In this document: positions 47,927-60,829 of the stretch, piece by piece
Numbering within the stretch: position 1 is the stretch's first letter
Layout of the letters: each line of letters begins with the position of its first letter
DNA from: Dicyema japonicum
Lineage: Eukaryota; Animalia; Dicyemida
Direction of reading: 5' to 3'
Assembly (NCBI GenBank): GCA_011109175.1
Contig: RDEW01000010.1
Coordinates: 1,144,796-1,208,795 of the forward strand
Length of the DNA stretch: 64,000 nucleotides
The notes under the pieces: model-generated
What the model was told of the DNA's origin: nothing
The model's database searches: none
The model's input: only the letters and a program-made list of their open reading frames with translations
Translations under genes and position numbers: made by a program

Positions 47927-50900
47927 ATGACTGAAAACATTTTTGAAGAACAGACAATTAACGATGGTTTCTCAATGATGGTAGCCAACGAGGAAAACAA
48001 GGCTATCGAGAAATCTGTAGATGACGGTCATAATCCAACTAGATCTTAAAATTACAGGAAAACACTTCCCTACTCCGTTCCGAGGTGGACCGTAGCAAAA
48101 GTAGGATTGACGCCATGGCCGAACATCTGAAAAACGTGAAAAACGAGATCGACTATTCCCACGTTTGTTTTGCCTAACAAACAGGACGCTCTAAAAAGTA
48201 GGAGACAGGAAATCGAAAATGAGATAAATATGGGGAAAATCAACGACATGCAGTTGGGGAGACTGAAGAACGAATCGAAAGCGGCAACTGAGGATTTGGA
48301 AGGAGCTGCACGAGCAAGAACACATATCAGGTAAACCCGAGTAATAAACGAAGAACCGAATATTTCTGCTTGGCAAGAAGATCGACGATGTCAAGTCCAA
48401 GATAAACTGGGATCAAAGCAAACTGGAAATTTGGCTGGAAGAATCCGCCAAACACGACGAGGATCTTGCTTTGATGAAAAAATACATCAAAGAAGATCAA
48501 GGGAAACTCAAGGAATTGACGCTACACATAAACAGGATGACGGATGAACAGAAAGAGAAGATAAGCCAGCTCGAACGGGTCACAACTGATAAAATAACAG
48601 CTCAGGTAGTTAAATGATCAGGAGGATAGTACGAACTAGAAAAATTGGGGGAGATTTACAGATCCTCGAAAAATGAGAGATCCAAAATCATCAGCCAGTG
48701 GGATGACCTTATAAAGCAAATGAATTCGAGGGACAAGGAGATCGAGAAATTAGCCTTGGTGGAGATTTGAATCATCTGTTCGTAGGAATTGGGGGTACTG
48801 AAGGTGGAGATTTCGAATAAAGAAGATGAACTGAAAAATAAACTGAGGTTTTACGAAAATCAGACAACTAATAACCTGGAAACCGAAAAGAAGATATTTC
48901 AGGCAGAAAGAGCCTCAGATTCTCTCAGACTTGATCTTCAGAAAATTTCGACTGCCAGGTCAGAATTCAAGGAGGAGGTTCTCAAATATGGGAGTTTACC
49001 AAAATAGCTCGAAGTCCTGAAAAGGACGGTCAACGGCTGTGCGCAAGAATTGGAGAGGAAGCGCTTGGAAAGTCACGAGGCTAAAAACAGCATTGACGTG
49101 AAGAAAGATAAGTTCACTCTGCCTTTTATTGAGACTTGACTTGATTTTGGCCAAGAACGAAGAACTCGGAAAGAATCTCGACAGTCTGGAAGAGAGGTTC
49201 AAATCCGCGGAGGAATATGCGAATGAAATGGATAGAATTCTCAACAACGAAGAGATGAGATGTAAGGAACTCGAAAAGCAGTTAAAATTTTCGCGGAATA
49301 AACTGTTCGAGACAAACCAGGAAGGTGAAGACAAGAAGAAGAACGTCAATTTTTTGAAGACAAAAATTGAAGTAAATTCAATTTGAGGACAAAATAGGGC
49401 GCTGTGGTGACTTTGCGACACCTCGAGAGCCGAGTAGCCAAATACGACGCCGAGATACTCCGACAGGAGGAACTGATCTATAACCAGGTTCTTCAGGGTA
49501 CTGAGAGCATATAGGACTATGAAATCCAACATTTGAACCGAAGAATCGATACCATGCAGGGGACCGAGGAGACACTGAAAAGGATGAGCTTGAGAAGAAA
49601 CTTCTGGGAATGAAAGAGACCTTTGAGCAGCGAGTCGAAGCCCATGCGATTTTGGAAACTCAAGTGAAGAGCATTGAGGTCGTATTGGTGGAGAAATTCA
49701 GGATGAACTACGGAAGGCTAAAAAGTTGAACGACAGCGTCGTTGTTGAGAAGGAAGGCTACCAAAGCAAGATCGCGGAGCTAAACCTTCACATTGAAAAT
49801 GCACAAAAGGAGCTGAAAGGGACGATTAAAAGGAAAGAGGTTGGCGTGAAATTCCAAATAAAAGAACTTTCTCGTTGAAAGCAACGTGTTGAAGCTTGAT
49901 TTGGAGAACTTTAGGACCAAGTTGGCTGAAAACGAGGAAAATATAGTTTTGAGTAAAGAAAGGGATTTAAAATTAAACAAGGTTGTCTATCTGAGATATC
50001 AATAGGCGATCACGGAAAGACAGGTGGAAATCAAGCATCACCACGAAATGCTGATGGCGCAAATCAAAAACGCGGAAATCGAAAAGTCGGACATAAATTT
50101 GAAGTTTCACTCGAAAATGACGGAAATTGACAAATTAAAGCGAAAGTCCCCGATCTACTTTTATTAAAGGCACGAATTGCTCACAGTCTCTATGCAGCCC
50201 CCCGAAGGAGAAGTGGTCCACTCGCAGGCTTATTTCATCATCAAAGCAGCTCAGCAAAAGGAGGAGTTGAAAATTAAGGGAGAAAGGCTGAACTCAGAAA
50301 TTTTAAAAGCTGAGGAAGAACTCCATGCTTTGGAGAACACAGTGCAGCTAATAAATGACCGAAACAGCGTATACAAGAGTGGGTTCTGCACTCCGGTCAC
50401 TGGTCTGCTGCTTCCACGGTATTTTAGCTTCTCAGGAAGACGAATTGGAAACATCCGAGAAAGAACTTCAAGAACTGAGGAGGACGATTCGCGGCAAAAA
50501 CAAGTCGATAAAAGCCAAGACCGACGAATTGAGGGTCTACAGTCTCCTCATGTTAGGATATCACAAAAGAAGCCGATGATTTTGCCGAAGAGTTTGGAAG
50601 AAGTAAAGAGGAGTTGCAAGTGACTTCAAAAAATTTGGCCAAAGTCAAGGTCGACGTCGCCAATTTGGGGGACAAAGTCAAAAGAGCTACCAGAAGCGTA
50701 GAAGGGTCATTTGAGTTTTAGAATCAACGGCTAGAAAAAGACATTGTATCCCCCAGTTCTAAGGCGGAAGAGGGACTAGGCGATAAAGTCTACGATTCCT
50801 GTTATCTTAGAAAGACGTTTTGCTGAAGGATCTCAAATTTCTTAATGAGACGGTCACGAAAATATTTTTGGAGCAATCCTACAACAACGATGAGATTTAC

Positions 50901-50933
50901 TCGCGGATAATGACCTACTTCAAAGACGTCTGA
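47927..50933 (+). CDS. CCDC39: coiled-coil domain-containing protein 39 (axonemal ruler)
   Basis: VANEENK, HLKNV, NWDQSKLEIWLEESAKHDED, SQWDDLIKQMNSRD and MQPPEGE...SQAYFIIKAAQQKEEL...ALENT match CCDC39; about 14 tiny introns; apparent 1-nt deletions at ~48300 and ~49560. Confidence 0.93.
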
Positions 50934-51362
50934 GCATATTTATTTTTAGAATAATATTCCCGTCGAATTCGAAGACTCTGAAACTACAATGTCCACGCAG
51001 ACGATAAAGTCCAGCTCTCGTCTAACATCAAGCAAAATATCGTCTCCCTGTATGTTTCAATATTAATGTTAGCGACCCCCTGAAGTCAAAGGTAAACTGG
51101 ACTAACAAGAGTAACTTTAGAATAAATAAAAGTAAAATTGTCTGTTTGGTGTTCTCACATTTTTACCTCCCCCAAAGCAGTCATTCATCCCGTTGCTAAA
51201 GAAGTGGGTTTTGAATGGCGTGGGATTTAGAAATTTTGAATCTCGCATGCCTTATAATGCGGGAACAGATCCTTACTATCTATTTGTCCCCCAAATTTAG
51301 AACTTCAATCTGATTACCCACCAGTATCTTTTACCTTTCTTTGTGTTTTATCTCTTTTTATT

Positions 51363-51620
51363 ATGATTTTGTGGTGTCTACTGTCGGTTGGTAGGTCGGA
51401 TAATGGAGGTAGTGGCGTAGCTCTATATTATCCCCACGAGATGGATGCGACCTCCCGTTTCACTTCTCTTGTAAATAGACTAGATGGTGGACCATGGAAG
51501 CATTATATGTGTGCGATATATTATGCTAAGGTCTGTCACCTGGCACAAAATTTGAAGGAACTTGACGAGTCTACCTTGTGGGGGAACAGGGGATTTAGAT
51601 TATTAACCCAGAAGTGTTCG
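51363..51620 (+). mobile_element. possible LINE APE endonuclease remnant
   Basis: RSDNGGSGVALY resembles the APE R.DR.GGGVALY motif; the rest is degenerate. Confidence 0.3.
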
Positions 51621-51929
51621 TAAACTGAGACCTGCCGTGAACCCTGAATTGATCTCCAAAGCATCAATTTTTCTTCATTTCGTAAAAGTGAATTTTCGCC
51701 CCGACTAATTTAGGACCAATTGAAAATGATCTTATTCTGCAGTTCTATCCCCACTGCTAACCAAAGTTAAAAGTATTATGCGGAAAAACTTAGTATTTTA
51801 TATATAGACACACGTGGGCTGTGAGCAGGCATAGTAATTTAGATTTAGTGACATTTGAAGATTTTAGTAGCGGAATTTAACGCGACTGGGATTCGGATAC
51901 TACGACTCCACGGAAACGATGGCAATTTT

Positions 51930-52450
51930 CAAGGAACCAGCGCCGCTTTCGAGAATCCCCCAGCCTGGACGAGATTCTTTTTATAAGACCGTCAGTGGTT
52001 AGATGTAATGATGTATTCCAATTGCACGAAATGTCAACTTTGTTTATGATGCATGAGAACCCTTGTCTTGCCTTTTCTCATGAGCTTGGATGAAGTGACA
52101 GACTCAAGAGACGTGAGAAACCAAAAGTTCTGAACAAGAATGAAAGCACGTAGGATCAGTGTAAATCCTCTTAGGGCCAAATAGAAGGAATTTGAAGAAA
52201 TTTATGTCAGACGCTATTTATCAACCCAAGGATTACAATCTTTGGTACGCCCAGCACAGACAGTCACAGCTAATTAATCCAAGGAAAGGATCCAAGGAGA
52301 AAGTCTGATTGTGCCGACCAAATCCGTCATCTTAAAGTCAATCACAGACTTCGCTTCCGAAGAGATGTGATGAAGTAGGACCGCCCTCTTCCACTTTAAT
52401 CACGCAAAATACTTTCAAAAGAGGTTGTGGGAAGTTCTTAGAGACAAAGA
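51930..52450 (-). mobile_element. CRE-clade remnant
   Basis: cagtcacagctaattaatccaaggaa.g.a.ccaagg is shared with 18990-19030; also homologous to 5880-5990; RAIGI...EP-like and RP.G-like traces. Confidence 0.55.
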
Positions 52451-52686
52451 GTCTAATAAGCACTATGAGGAGGACCACTGAAATAAGGCTTGAAGGTTTC
52501 CGGAAGAGAATTCAAATCCTCGTCTCATATATCCAAATATGGGACAAATAAAAGAGAAAACACTGTCGAGAAGACTAAGATCTAAAGTAGGCCTCGTATA
52601 ACACACACATCATGACCACGCAATGAGAAAAATAAAAAATTAATTTAAATATGAAAAATATAAAATTAATAAATTTCAAATTTTTA

Positions 52687-55606
52687 CTACGTTTTGCATT
52701 TTTGTGATAAAAATGAAGTTATTCTGCTCAAATTGCCACTACCCAAATTCAAGTCAGAAAGGCAGAGTAGACGTTGGCCAAATACGGCATTGTCAAAGAA
52801 GATATGCTTAATATTACTCAGTTCCAGTCTGTCAAGCATTAGGCAAGTCAATTCAATCGTCATATCCTCAATTTCTAGGGAGGTTAACCTAAAGCTGACC
52901 ATATTGTTCGAACAAATCATTGACCGAGCCGTCCTTAGATCTTCATAGAGGATTATATAGGGAGATACTTTTTTGGCGGCTCTGGCAAGGCAGAATATGT
53001 GGTTTCGGACACTGTGAACTCTAAAGCAGTTCTTCGGAGTTGGTAATACAATTGGTTGTAGGCACTTACATCCCTCTCCTGCATCATCAACAATGGGAGT
53101 ACAAAATTTCTCAAATGTGGCTCAATTAGGTAGGCAAAATCCCAGAACGAGATCATCATCTTCAAATAATCAATTTTGTTAGGCAAGACCTCAAAATTAG
53201 TCCAAAAGTACATCGGGGGATAGGTTGATCAGGGAAGAATGCAGAATTAATACGTTCAAGGCAACGAGAGTGTCATTATCCCCCAAACTGAAGACTTTGA
53301 TTCTAAAAATATACTCAGGTTAACACTTTCTGAGGAAGCCGACAAGTTGGGAGCAAAAAAGCTTCAGTTCATACTCTACACTGCCGTCTCCGTTAGCGGA
53401 GGAACACTGTCTGCTATCCTAAATGTCAAGCAAGCTTAGAGAACGCTTTTGAGTTTTCTTTTGTGGATAAAAACGTTGAATTTCTTTGGGCGGCATGAAA
53501 AGGTAATGACGGAGGGTCTAATCACCCACGGTTCCCCGTCAATCTGAACTGGGAGTAAGGCGTCCTTAATAAACCGTATCTTGGCTGTACGGCACTGAAG
53601 GTAAGTAAAGCCAATACCTGGGCAATCCGGTGAGAATTAAACTTTATGAACCTTGCAGCGGCCAAATGAATGGTAGACAAGATGGCCACAACCTCGATCA
53701 GCCCATCGTTATAACTCTGCACCATATACTGCAATTTTAGACTGTCTATACCTCGTCTTTGGTGGTCCCCCAAAAGTTGACTCCCCCCATATAGCTGTTT
53801 ATGTTGAGAAGAGTTATCCCTTTGATGTTATCGAGCGGAATTTTGAATCCGTCGCATTCTAGTTGAACGCACTTATCGATGTCGGGGAAGCTAAAGTCGA
53901 ACATTTGCTTCGCTCCCAAAAAAAAGTACCAAATAAAATTTTTGATTCGGTTACTTGGGAGTAACTCCAAATAAACTTTAAAACATGAGGGGACTTCATT
54001 CGCTTGTTATGAAAATTTAGGGAGATTTTTGCATCAAGTCCGATCCCAAAGTAGTTGCACATTGTATACTCACTTTGATCAAGTATTGGGGTCTCGGCCA
54101 CTTCCGTATCATCCGGTGATATCCCCTTACCATAATAGAAATCTCTCCCAAAATAGATGGGAGCCTAAAAGACAGTCTACTTGACCATACTTTAGTAGGA
54201 GTAATCGCGACTTGCCAATTATCGAAGGAATCCTCGATAGCTTCACTTACATCCTTGAAGATCGACTCCAGTGATGAGTTGTCCAACCGAGCAGCCCAGC
54301 CGAGCACGTTGGCCAGGTCGTTCCCCGATCCAAAGGGCAAAATGGCGATTTTGCACTGAAAATTAAAAATATCGATTAAGAATATTCAGCAAAGCCGGTT
54401 AAACTTACAGGAGGCCGTAATGAGCTAAATGAGTAATACCTGATCAATCAGATTAAACCGCTGGATCTGTGAAAAGACAAGATTCGTCGTTCCGTCTCCC
54501 CCGCAGACGACCACAGTAAATTTCTTGAAATTACGGAAGAGGGAAAAGCTGGAAAAGTAAACCAAACCGTTAATACGCTTTGTCAAACCCGTCAACGATA
54601 GGATCGTAGACTTGGAGAGGATTCAGAGCCCTCTTCACGTGCCAGAAGAAGTCGTTCCCCTGCAATGAAGACTCCCATAAACCTCGTAATTTCCACTGCG
54701 TGTATTAATGAAGAACAAAAATGGGACACCATGAGACAGTTTTTGTTCGATAATGTATTCCGTCTCAGCCTCATTCTTGTGATAGATGAAGGGTTGATTA
54801 TGTGGGGACCGAACTTCCCCCCACTGCATTTTCTTAGGGTGTTCTCCTCGTTGCACTTTTTAACGTGGTTCTACCGTCACAGCTAAAACCACCTGAACTC
54901 CACACCAAAGGCAAACGTGGAGCAACTTGTTTTTATCCATTTTACCGCATAGGTTGCACATCTGCAATTCAAAGCAGGGGGTGAATTGGTGATAAAAGGA
55001 CCCCTTGTAAGCTTTGCCAGCCTTTGAATGCCCTACTGAGCTTCTGTCAGTCCATTTGCAGCTGCGTGTAAAATGCAGCGCACATTTCACATGTAATGTT
55101 TGCTGGCAGACTAAATTGGGCGTTAATAAAGTTAATTAACCGGGACAATAAACGGACGAACACGTCTCCCGCAAGTCGACACGGCTAAGGCACAGAGAAC
55201 AATTTGAATTGGATTCAGCGAGAAACCATGAATGGCTAGAAATGTCCTATAAATCAAGTGAATAGGCAATTAGACTACTGAAAGCGCAGAAATCCACTGA
55301 ATCATCGACCCACGTGTTTCGCAACGAAATCGAAAATAAATGTCAGCGAATAATATCTGAGTTAAACTAAAATGTACTATGAATTCATTTCGGTAATTTT
55401 TCATTTGCTTTTCAGCCACGACGGACCCGAGAACTGAAATTATAAAGCCTTCCCCCTAAAATGAAGACTCAAAGTCTACCTCGTCAATAGAAGTCAACTC
55501 AATAAGCTTGTCATTCAACTCAGCTCTGTATTTTATCCACGTCTGCAGTAAATGACAACTGAAATCAAACCGAACTGCTAATATTCGTGTAGAGAAAATT
55601 TTCCAT
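52687..55606 (-). CDS. type II diacylglycerol kinase (delta/eta-like; PH-C1-C1-DAGK-SAM)
   Basis: PH end WISALS; two C1 domains (HSW...CSLC...VCQ...HVKC; HQF...CNLC...CLWC); catalytic VVVCGGDGT, ILPFGSGNDLANVLGW, MCNYFGIGLDA, NINSYMGG and DGLIEVV; SAM-like C-terminus. Confidence 0.9.
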
Positions 55607-55759
55607 TTCGGTTTATTTATTAAAGCCACATAAATGGATGAGAAATTTTATTAATTATTTGCATAATTTTTATAATCTAAATATTTAATAGATTAATTAA
55701 TATAATTAATTATTTATTTTAAATATTAATTAAGATTTGATCAATTTATAATAAAAAAG

Positions 55760-56140
55760 TAATCTACTGGACAAAAGCATTCTGTTTTGAGCACTGTATA
55801 TAAACAATTCATTGAACCATGCATCTCTTATGCATGTGGTATATAAGGCCCACTCATCTCTTGGAAGAATGTCTAGAAGATCGAGGCTAGCCGGAAAAGA
55901 GCTTCCAAAATCACGGCACGCGGATTTCTGGAGAGTTCCAGCCACCATTGACACTTGAAGCCTTGATACGAATGAACCATTAAACGCGCCGTCATGACTG
56001 CGAAGGTCCAGTCACTCGACTGATACGTGCTTGTGTGAGGTCGAGAGAGGAGCATCGGACCAAGGTGAGGTCCCTGCTGGACCGCGTGCTGGGATCACGT
56101 GATTAGTTAGTTTGTGTAACCGTGGTCTCTGGTGTTATAG
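55760..56140 (+). mobile_element. 3' fragment of LINE family L-A
   Basis: YKQFIEPCISYACG parallels HKQYIEPTIGYACA at ~28085; the 3' end matches 3556-3725. Confidence 0.75.
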
Positions 56141-57149
56141 TCATTAATTGTCGAGATCACTGCTATCTAGATGGGGGATACAAGCGGATCAATGATTGCT
56201 GGCAAACACTTTGATGGCCCTAATTCACCTAAATCCTAATTCCGTGGTTGATAGCTGCCTCGTCTATTGCTAGCTAGTGTTGTCTCAAGGGAGGAATTCT
56301 GAGCGATTTGAAGGCTTTTCTGGCACGTGTCAGGTGACATAGTTATCCAGTTTCGGTATTGACTTTTGGTCTTTCGAATAGTTATTCAAAATGATTATGC
56401 CAAAAATTTTCTATCTAATGAAATTCTGGGTCTTCTCGCCAGAAAAAATGCGTGATCTGTGCTTGAAATGCAAAGACCAACGTGAATACCAAATTTCCAA
56501 TAATCTTTTTAAATTTCAGTTTTGTTCAGAAACCACACAATTTTGCTAACTGTAACCATTTATTGTCAATCTTACTTAAAATACATCTATACGTAAGCCA
56601 ACTGAAAATCGAAGTTTAGGGTTAAATTAAATTCTTCGACACTTCACGTCTTCTAAGTTATTTTCAAATGCTGATCTTCGACCTCTGAGGATCGGAAAAT
56701 TGAGATGGCGGCAATGCATGAAATGTCCGCATCACTTTATGACGAATGGAAGTTCATATTTTCCTTTTTCTTATTGACGGACCCAGGAGAGATCCGAGGA
56801 CTGAGGTTCGAATTAAGGAACCGTCGGATACGCCAACTCGGTTTAGTTGCTTTGCTTATGACTTCGAATGAAAAAGATCACCAAGGGCCTTGTATTTCTT
56901 CAGTTTTCCTAATAAAAGGCAAATAATCAGCCTTTCGATATGAATGTTAGAATGAGCTATAATAATGTCACGTGCGATATACCTAGAATGACCGACCATA
57001 TGTCGCATAGTCATAATTAGTACAGGCATTTCAGAAGTTCAAATCCTTTTGGAGTTAGGCGGGATTTGTCCTAGATTCTCTAGTGATCTCACTTGGATGA
57101 TTAAAAATACCAAAATTCCCATGAAAATTAATTTTTAGTTCAATTTACG

Positions 57150-57420
57150 CACGTGCTGTTGCTCCCGTCCCAAATAGCTGTGGGTTTGATTCCCACACAG
57201 CTGCCTACTTGGGCGAAGGATTTCCTGTCTGCTCTTTCCCTTCTATAATTCCTAGAGGCGTCATTGGACCCACCAAACTCAAGAGACCCCAATGTCTAAC
57301 CAAAAGGATGCCTCTCTTCCTTACTCCAGTAGAGAGGTTCCCATAATGGAAGATGCTAGGAATAGAGGTGAAGAGATATGTCCCACTTCAACCAGGGAAA
57401 CTGGATAGAACCTATGTCAA
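57150..57420 (+). mobile_element. SINE family A copy
   Basis: tagctgtgggtttgattcc, aggatttcc, cctagaggcgtcattgga and gtccc...ctggatagaac are colinear with 17390-17620. Confidence 0.6.
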
Positions 57421-57889
57421 CTCCATAAGGCCAGTAACGATGCAACGTAAACGTATTTTTAGTCCTCTTTCTGACGTAGAAAAGCCGTTGAGGATGACTT
57501 TATCGACGACGAAAGAACAATCTCTTACATTCCCAGTTTTTTGATATCACACAGTTTGTAACATTAATTAGTACAACCTGGTGTAAGTCAATAATAGTAA
57601 TCAATGAAAGGAAATCGAGATCTGACTACGCTACTTATAACCGCAGACTAACACGAATGGGTATTTTCAACGCCAGACCAGATTCGAACTTGAAACCTTG
57701 ATATATCTGATGTTTCTTTCTCTCGTACTTTGCTCGAATAAGCAGGTCCCAAAATGGAAAAATGGACCACGTTTATCCATCGGAAATCTATAGGAGGATA
57801 GTGAGTTCATACATACAGGATCTGTAGACTAGGGGTTTAATCAGTAGAAACCTAAATTATCCGGGAAGTGGTTATGACATCATGCTATA

Positions 57890-57990
57890 ACGATGATCCT
57901 GGGTTCCATTCCCACCTACTCGGTCAAAGATCTCTTTTCCTTTCTTATGTTCCTTATCTTCTCTTGTTCCACTAGAGTGGAGTCAATTTC
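57890..57990 (+). mobile_element. degenerate SINE family A copy
   Basis: gggttccattcccacctactcgg..aaagat resembles the head of the other copies. Confidence 0.35.
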
Positions 57991-58349
57991 ACCTGTCCCA
58001 GGTGGCGCCCAATGCCAGGAAGGCATGAAAAAATTTATTTGGTTTTTCACACTTCATTTGAGGTGTTCCCAAACTACAAGGAGTGATGTCTTCTTGTCTT
58101 TCTACTGGTTCTGGATTAGCTCATACGACATTGGAAAGTCTGATTGTGCGACTATGTGAACTGGGTACATTCATTTGTTGCTAGTTAGCTTCTATCTCTG
58201 TATCCGATGATCAAACATGTCCTTATTGATTACAATCCAGCGCTTGTGTCGCTATCATTTCTTACTGACATCACTATAATTTAACGCAAAACTAAGATAA
58301 TTAGAATTAAAAGAAATAACAACAAAAGTCCAGAGACGAAACAATCATT

Positions 58350-60180
58350 CTAATTAAAATTCACACAAACACTACCATTCGATTTTTCCGACTTATCCTG
58401 CTCTTTGGAACCATTTTCATTCTTAGGGTCAGATTCGTCGACTTGTGGGTCCTCAGACTTTCCTTCGTCATTGGCCTCCTGCTTATTGGCCGTATATTGG
58501 GCTAGCAATTCCTCCGCCTTCTCATTTTCCCCAATATTTTTAAAGTACTCCACCCAAGCGAGAGTGTAGTCAACCTGCCCAGTCACCGGGTCGATCTCTA
58601 AGAGTTCAAAGATCACAAACGTGCAGTTTGCTCGGCCATCGCAGCCTGATTTTGCAACTCAATAGCCAGATTTTGCTGATACTGGTTCACAGACTCATAA
58701 TAAGCAGCCATTTCTGTCTCAATCAGTAACCACACTAACCAGGATCTACCGTCGACGAATCCCCCGCTAAAACCCCTGGCATGGTTGTAGGCTTGTAAAG
58801 TCCCCTAAGAATTCATACAAAGAGTACATGTTAGCCGTGTAATACTGTTCTTTGTTTATCTGGTCGACCGCATCAGCCACGAAAGGCGGAAGAGGCTATA
58901 ATTAATGACCACGTGTACAGTCTGAGTCCGGACACATATCATTTGCACAGCCGTAATAATCTGATCCCTAGTCCCCCAAATGTTAAAGTCCTGCTCGTAG
59001 CTGTTCGGTGGAGGCATTTTTGAAATCTCAACCAAAGCCCCACTCTCCTCGTTGATTTCTTTGATAGTTTCCCCACCTTTGCCGATCACAATTCCCACTT
59101 TTTCGTTGATTACCTGCATTTTGAAATACTCCGTCGGCTGGTCGCTGTTCATACCGAATTTACGTGCACCCTATGGTGGTAAATGACAAACTATTACCTC
59201 TGCCTCTTTTGAGTTCAAAATTTCATTCACAAGCTTCACAGCTGCCTGAACATGCTCAGGCTCGCCTGTAATGCGAAGTGGTTTATCATAGATTGTAGAG
59301 GCGCACGATTCTTGGATCATCACCATTTTGGCACCGGAAGTAGCCTAAAATTTATTTTTATAAAATTTAAAATAATTACATATTAAATTTAAAATTAATA
59401 AATACAAATAAATATTTAAAAATTAAAGTTAGTTACAAATAAAATATAAACCTGCATGTGTTTGATAGTCTCCCCACTTTTTCCAATAATGAGACCCGCG
59501 AGTTGTCCTGGGATAAGCATCTCCACAAATTCGCTTCCAGCCTCTCCGTAGCCGGGGGTGAACACGTTTCCCGTCGTGAATATCTTCCCCTTTGCCACCG
59601 TAATGTCTAAAGATCCTCTCCCCCGCCTGTGCGGAGTTTTCTCTCTGTCCAAGGTGAGCGTAACCTGACATTATTCTTGGGTCCCACTAGCGCCGCCAGC
59701 ATGTCAGAAGATCCCTCCCTCGGTTCTATTACAGTAAGAGAGTCAGTCAAACCTGATTCGATGTAAATTCGGCAATTCGCTTCCCTCTGGATGCGATTTA
59801 TCTGCTCGCAGTTTCTTCCTAGGACTATATTTGTCGTTAGGGGTGAATATAACCGTATGTTATGATATTTTCTGGGATCTTGTAGGTTTCAAGGACCTCT
59901 CCGTATTTTGGCTTCACCTTTGTCGTGTCCGTAAAGGGAAATCTAGTTTGATTCAACAACAAACGATAAGGCGTTGATGTCTTGAAGTCTCTGGATAAGC
60001 GATGGTGGACCTAGAGTAAAAGTTGGATGGTGACCTGTTCTATCCAATGCAGACCTTTTCGCGGGAGGCATTGGAATATCTGATGCTTGCACTTTAGTGG
60101 CAATCTCAATGGTTATAAATTAGTAGTACCTCAGAAGCTCTTTTAATCGCATCACTGATTGCACCGGAATCACGACCCAT
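58350..60180 (-). CDS. far upstream element-binding protein family (FUBP/KHSRP/Psi) KH protein
   Basis: N-terminal DAIKRASE-IATK, three KH GxxG loops (VLGRNCE, IIGKSGETIK, VIGKGGETIK) and C-terminal GQVDYTLAWVEYF (DUF1897-like); 107-nt A/T intron at 59345-59451. Confidence 0.88.
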
Positions 60181-60279
60181 CACTAACAAACTCGGTTAAT
60201 TTTAAAATTTATTTTATTTAAAAAAATATTTAAATTTAATTAATTTTATTAATAAATCTGACTTATGAAAGACGTTTTT

Positions 60280-60640
60280 AATAGTCAATATATTTCTCTT
60301 CCCATGGAAAAGTGGTAGATACCTTGTCTGTGACGCCAACTGTGTGGATGACCTCTCCCTCAAACCATACAATGACTGCACTTACCCAGGCTCTGTTTTG
60401 GAAAAGGCTGAGACGCTAAAGAAGAAATATGAATTTCTCTGTTGACAGTTCATCTTTTAACCAGTCGCAGTGGAAACATCAGGACTCAGGAAACAGATCA
60501 CTAATTATGCTGAACCGCATCGGGTCCCTTATCGCAAGGATGAAAAAAGATAAAAGAGAAGGGAGCTGGCTCATTGAGCGCATTTTTTGCAGATAGTAGA
60601 GAAAAATAAATCACCTCATGACAGATGTAATCAATCATCT
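60280..60640 (+). mobile_element. CRE-clade 3' remnant
   Basis: LFPWKSGRYLVCDANCVD...EKAETLKKKYEFL...PVAVETSG...RIGSLIARMKKDKREGSWLIERI. Confidence 0.75.
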
Positions 60641-60662
60641 TTATTTTCCAGCAGACAAAGTT

Positions 60663-60723
60663 ATCAACGAAAAAGTGGGAATTTTGATCGGCAAAGGTCG
60701 GGAAACTATCAAAGAAATCAACG
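60663..60723 (+). repeat. inverted 61-nt copy of FUBP KH exon segment 59050-59110
   Basis: 59/61 identical to the reverse complement of 59050-59110. Confidence 0.9.
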
Positions 60724-60829
60724 GCAAAGGTGATCCTTGGCTGAAAAGGGGAGACCAACACCAACAATCTCAAGACTCCAAATTCATCAAATGGTTTCAG
60801 TATCTTGATACATTTGTGATGATATTTTA

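Noticed and set aside
56300-56480. ZMYM/hAT remnant (NFLSNEILGLLARK)
   Set aside because: Too short and degenerate to support.
57672-57700. tRNA gene on the minus strand (gttcgaatctggtctggcg)
   Set aside because: Only a B-box/T-arm is present; no cloverleaf could be folded.
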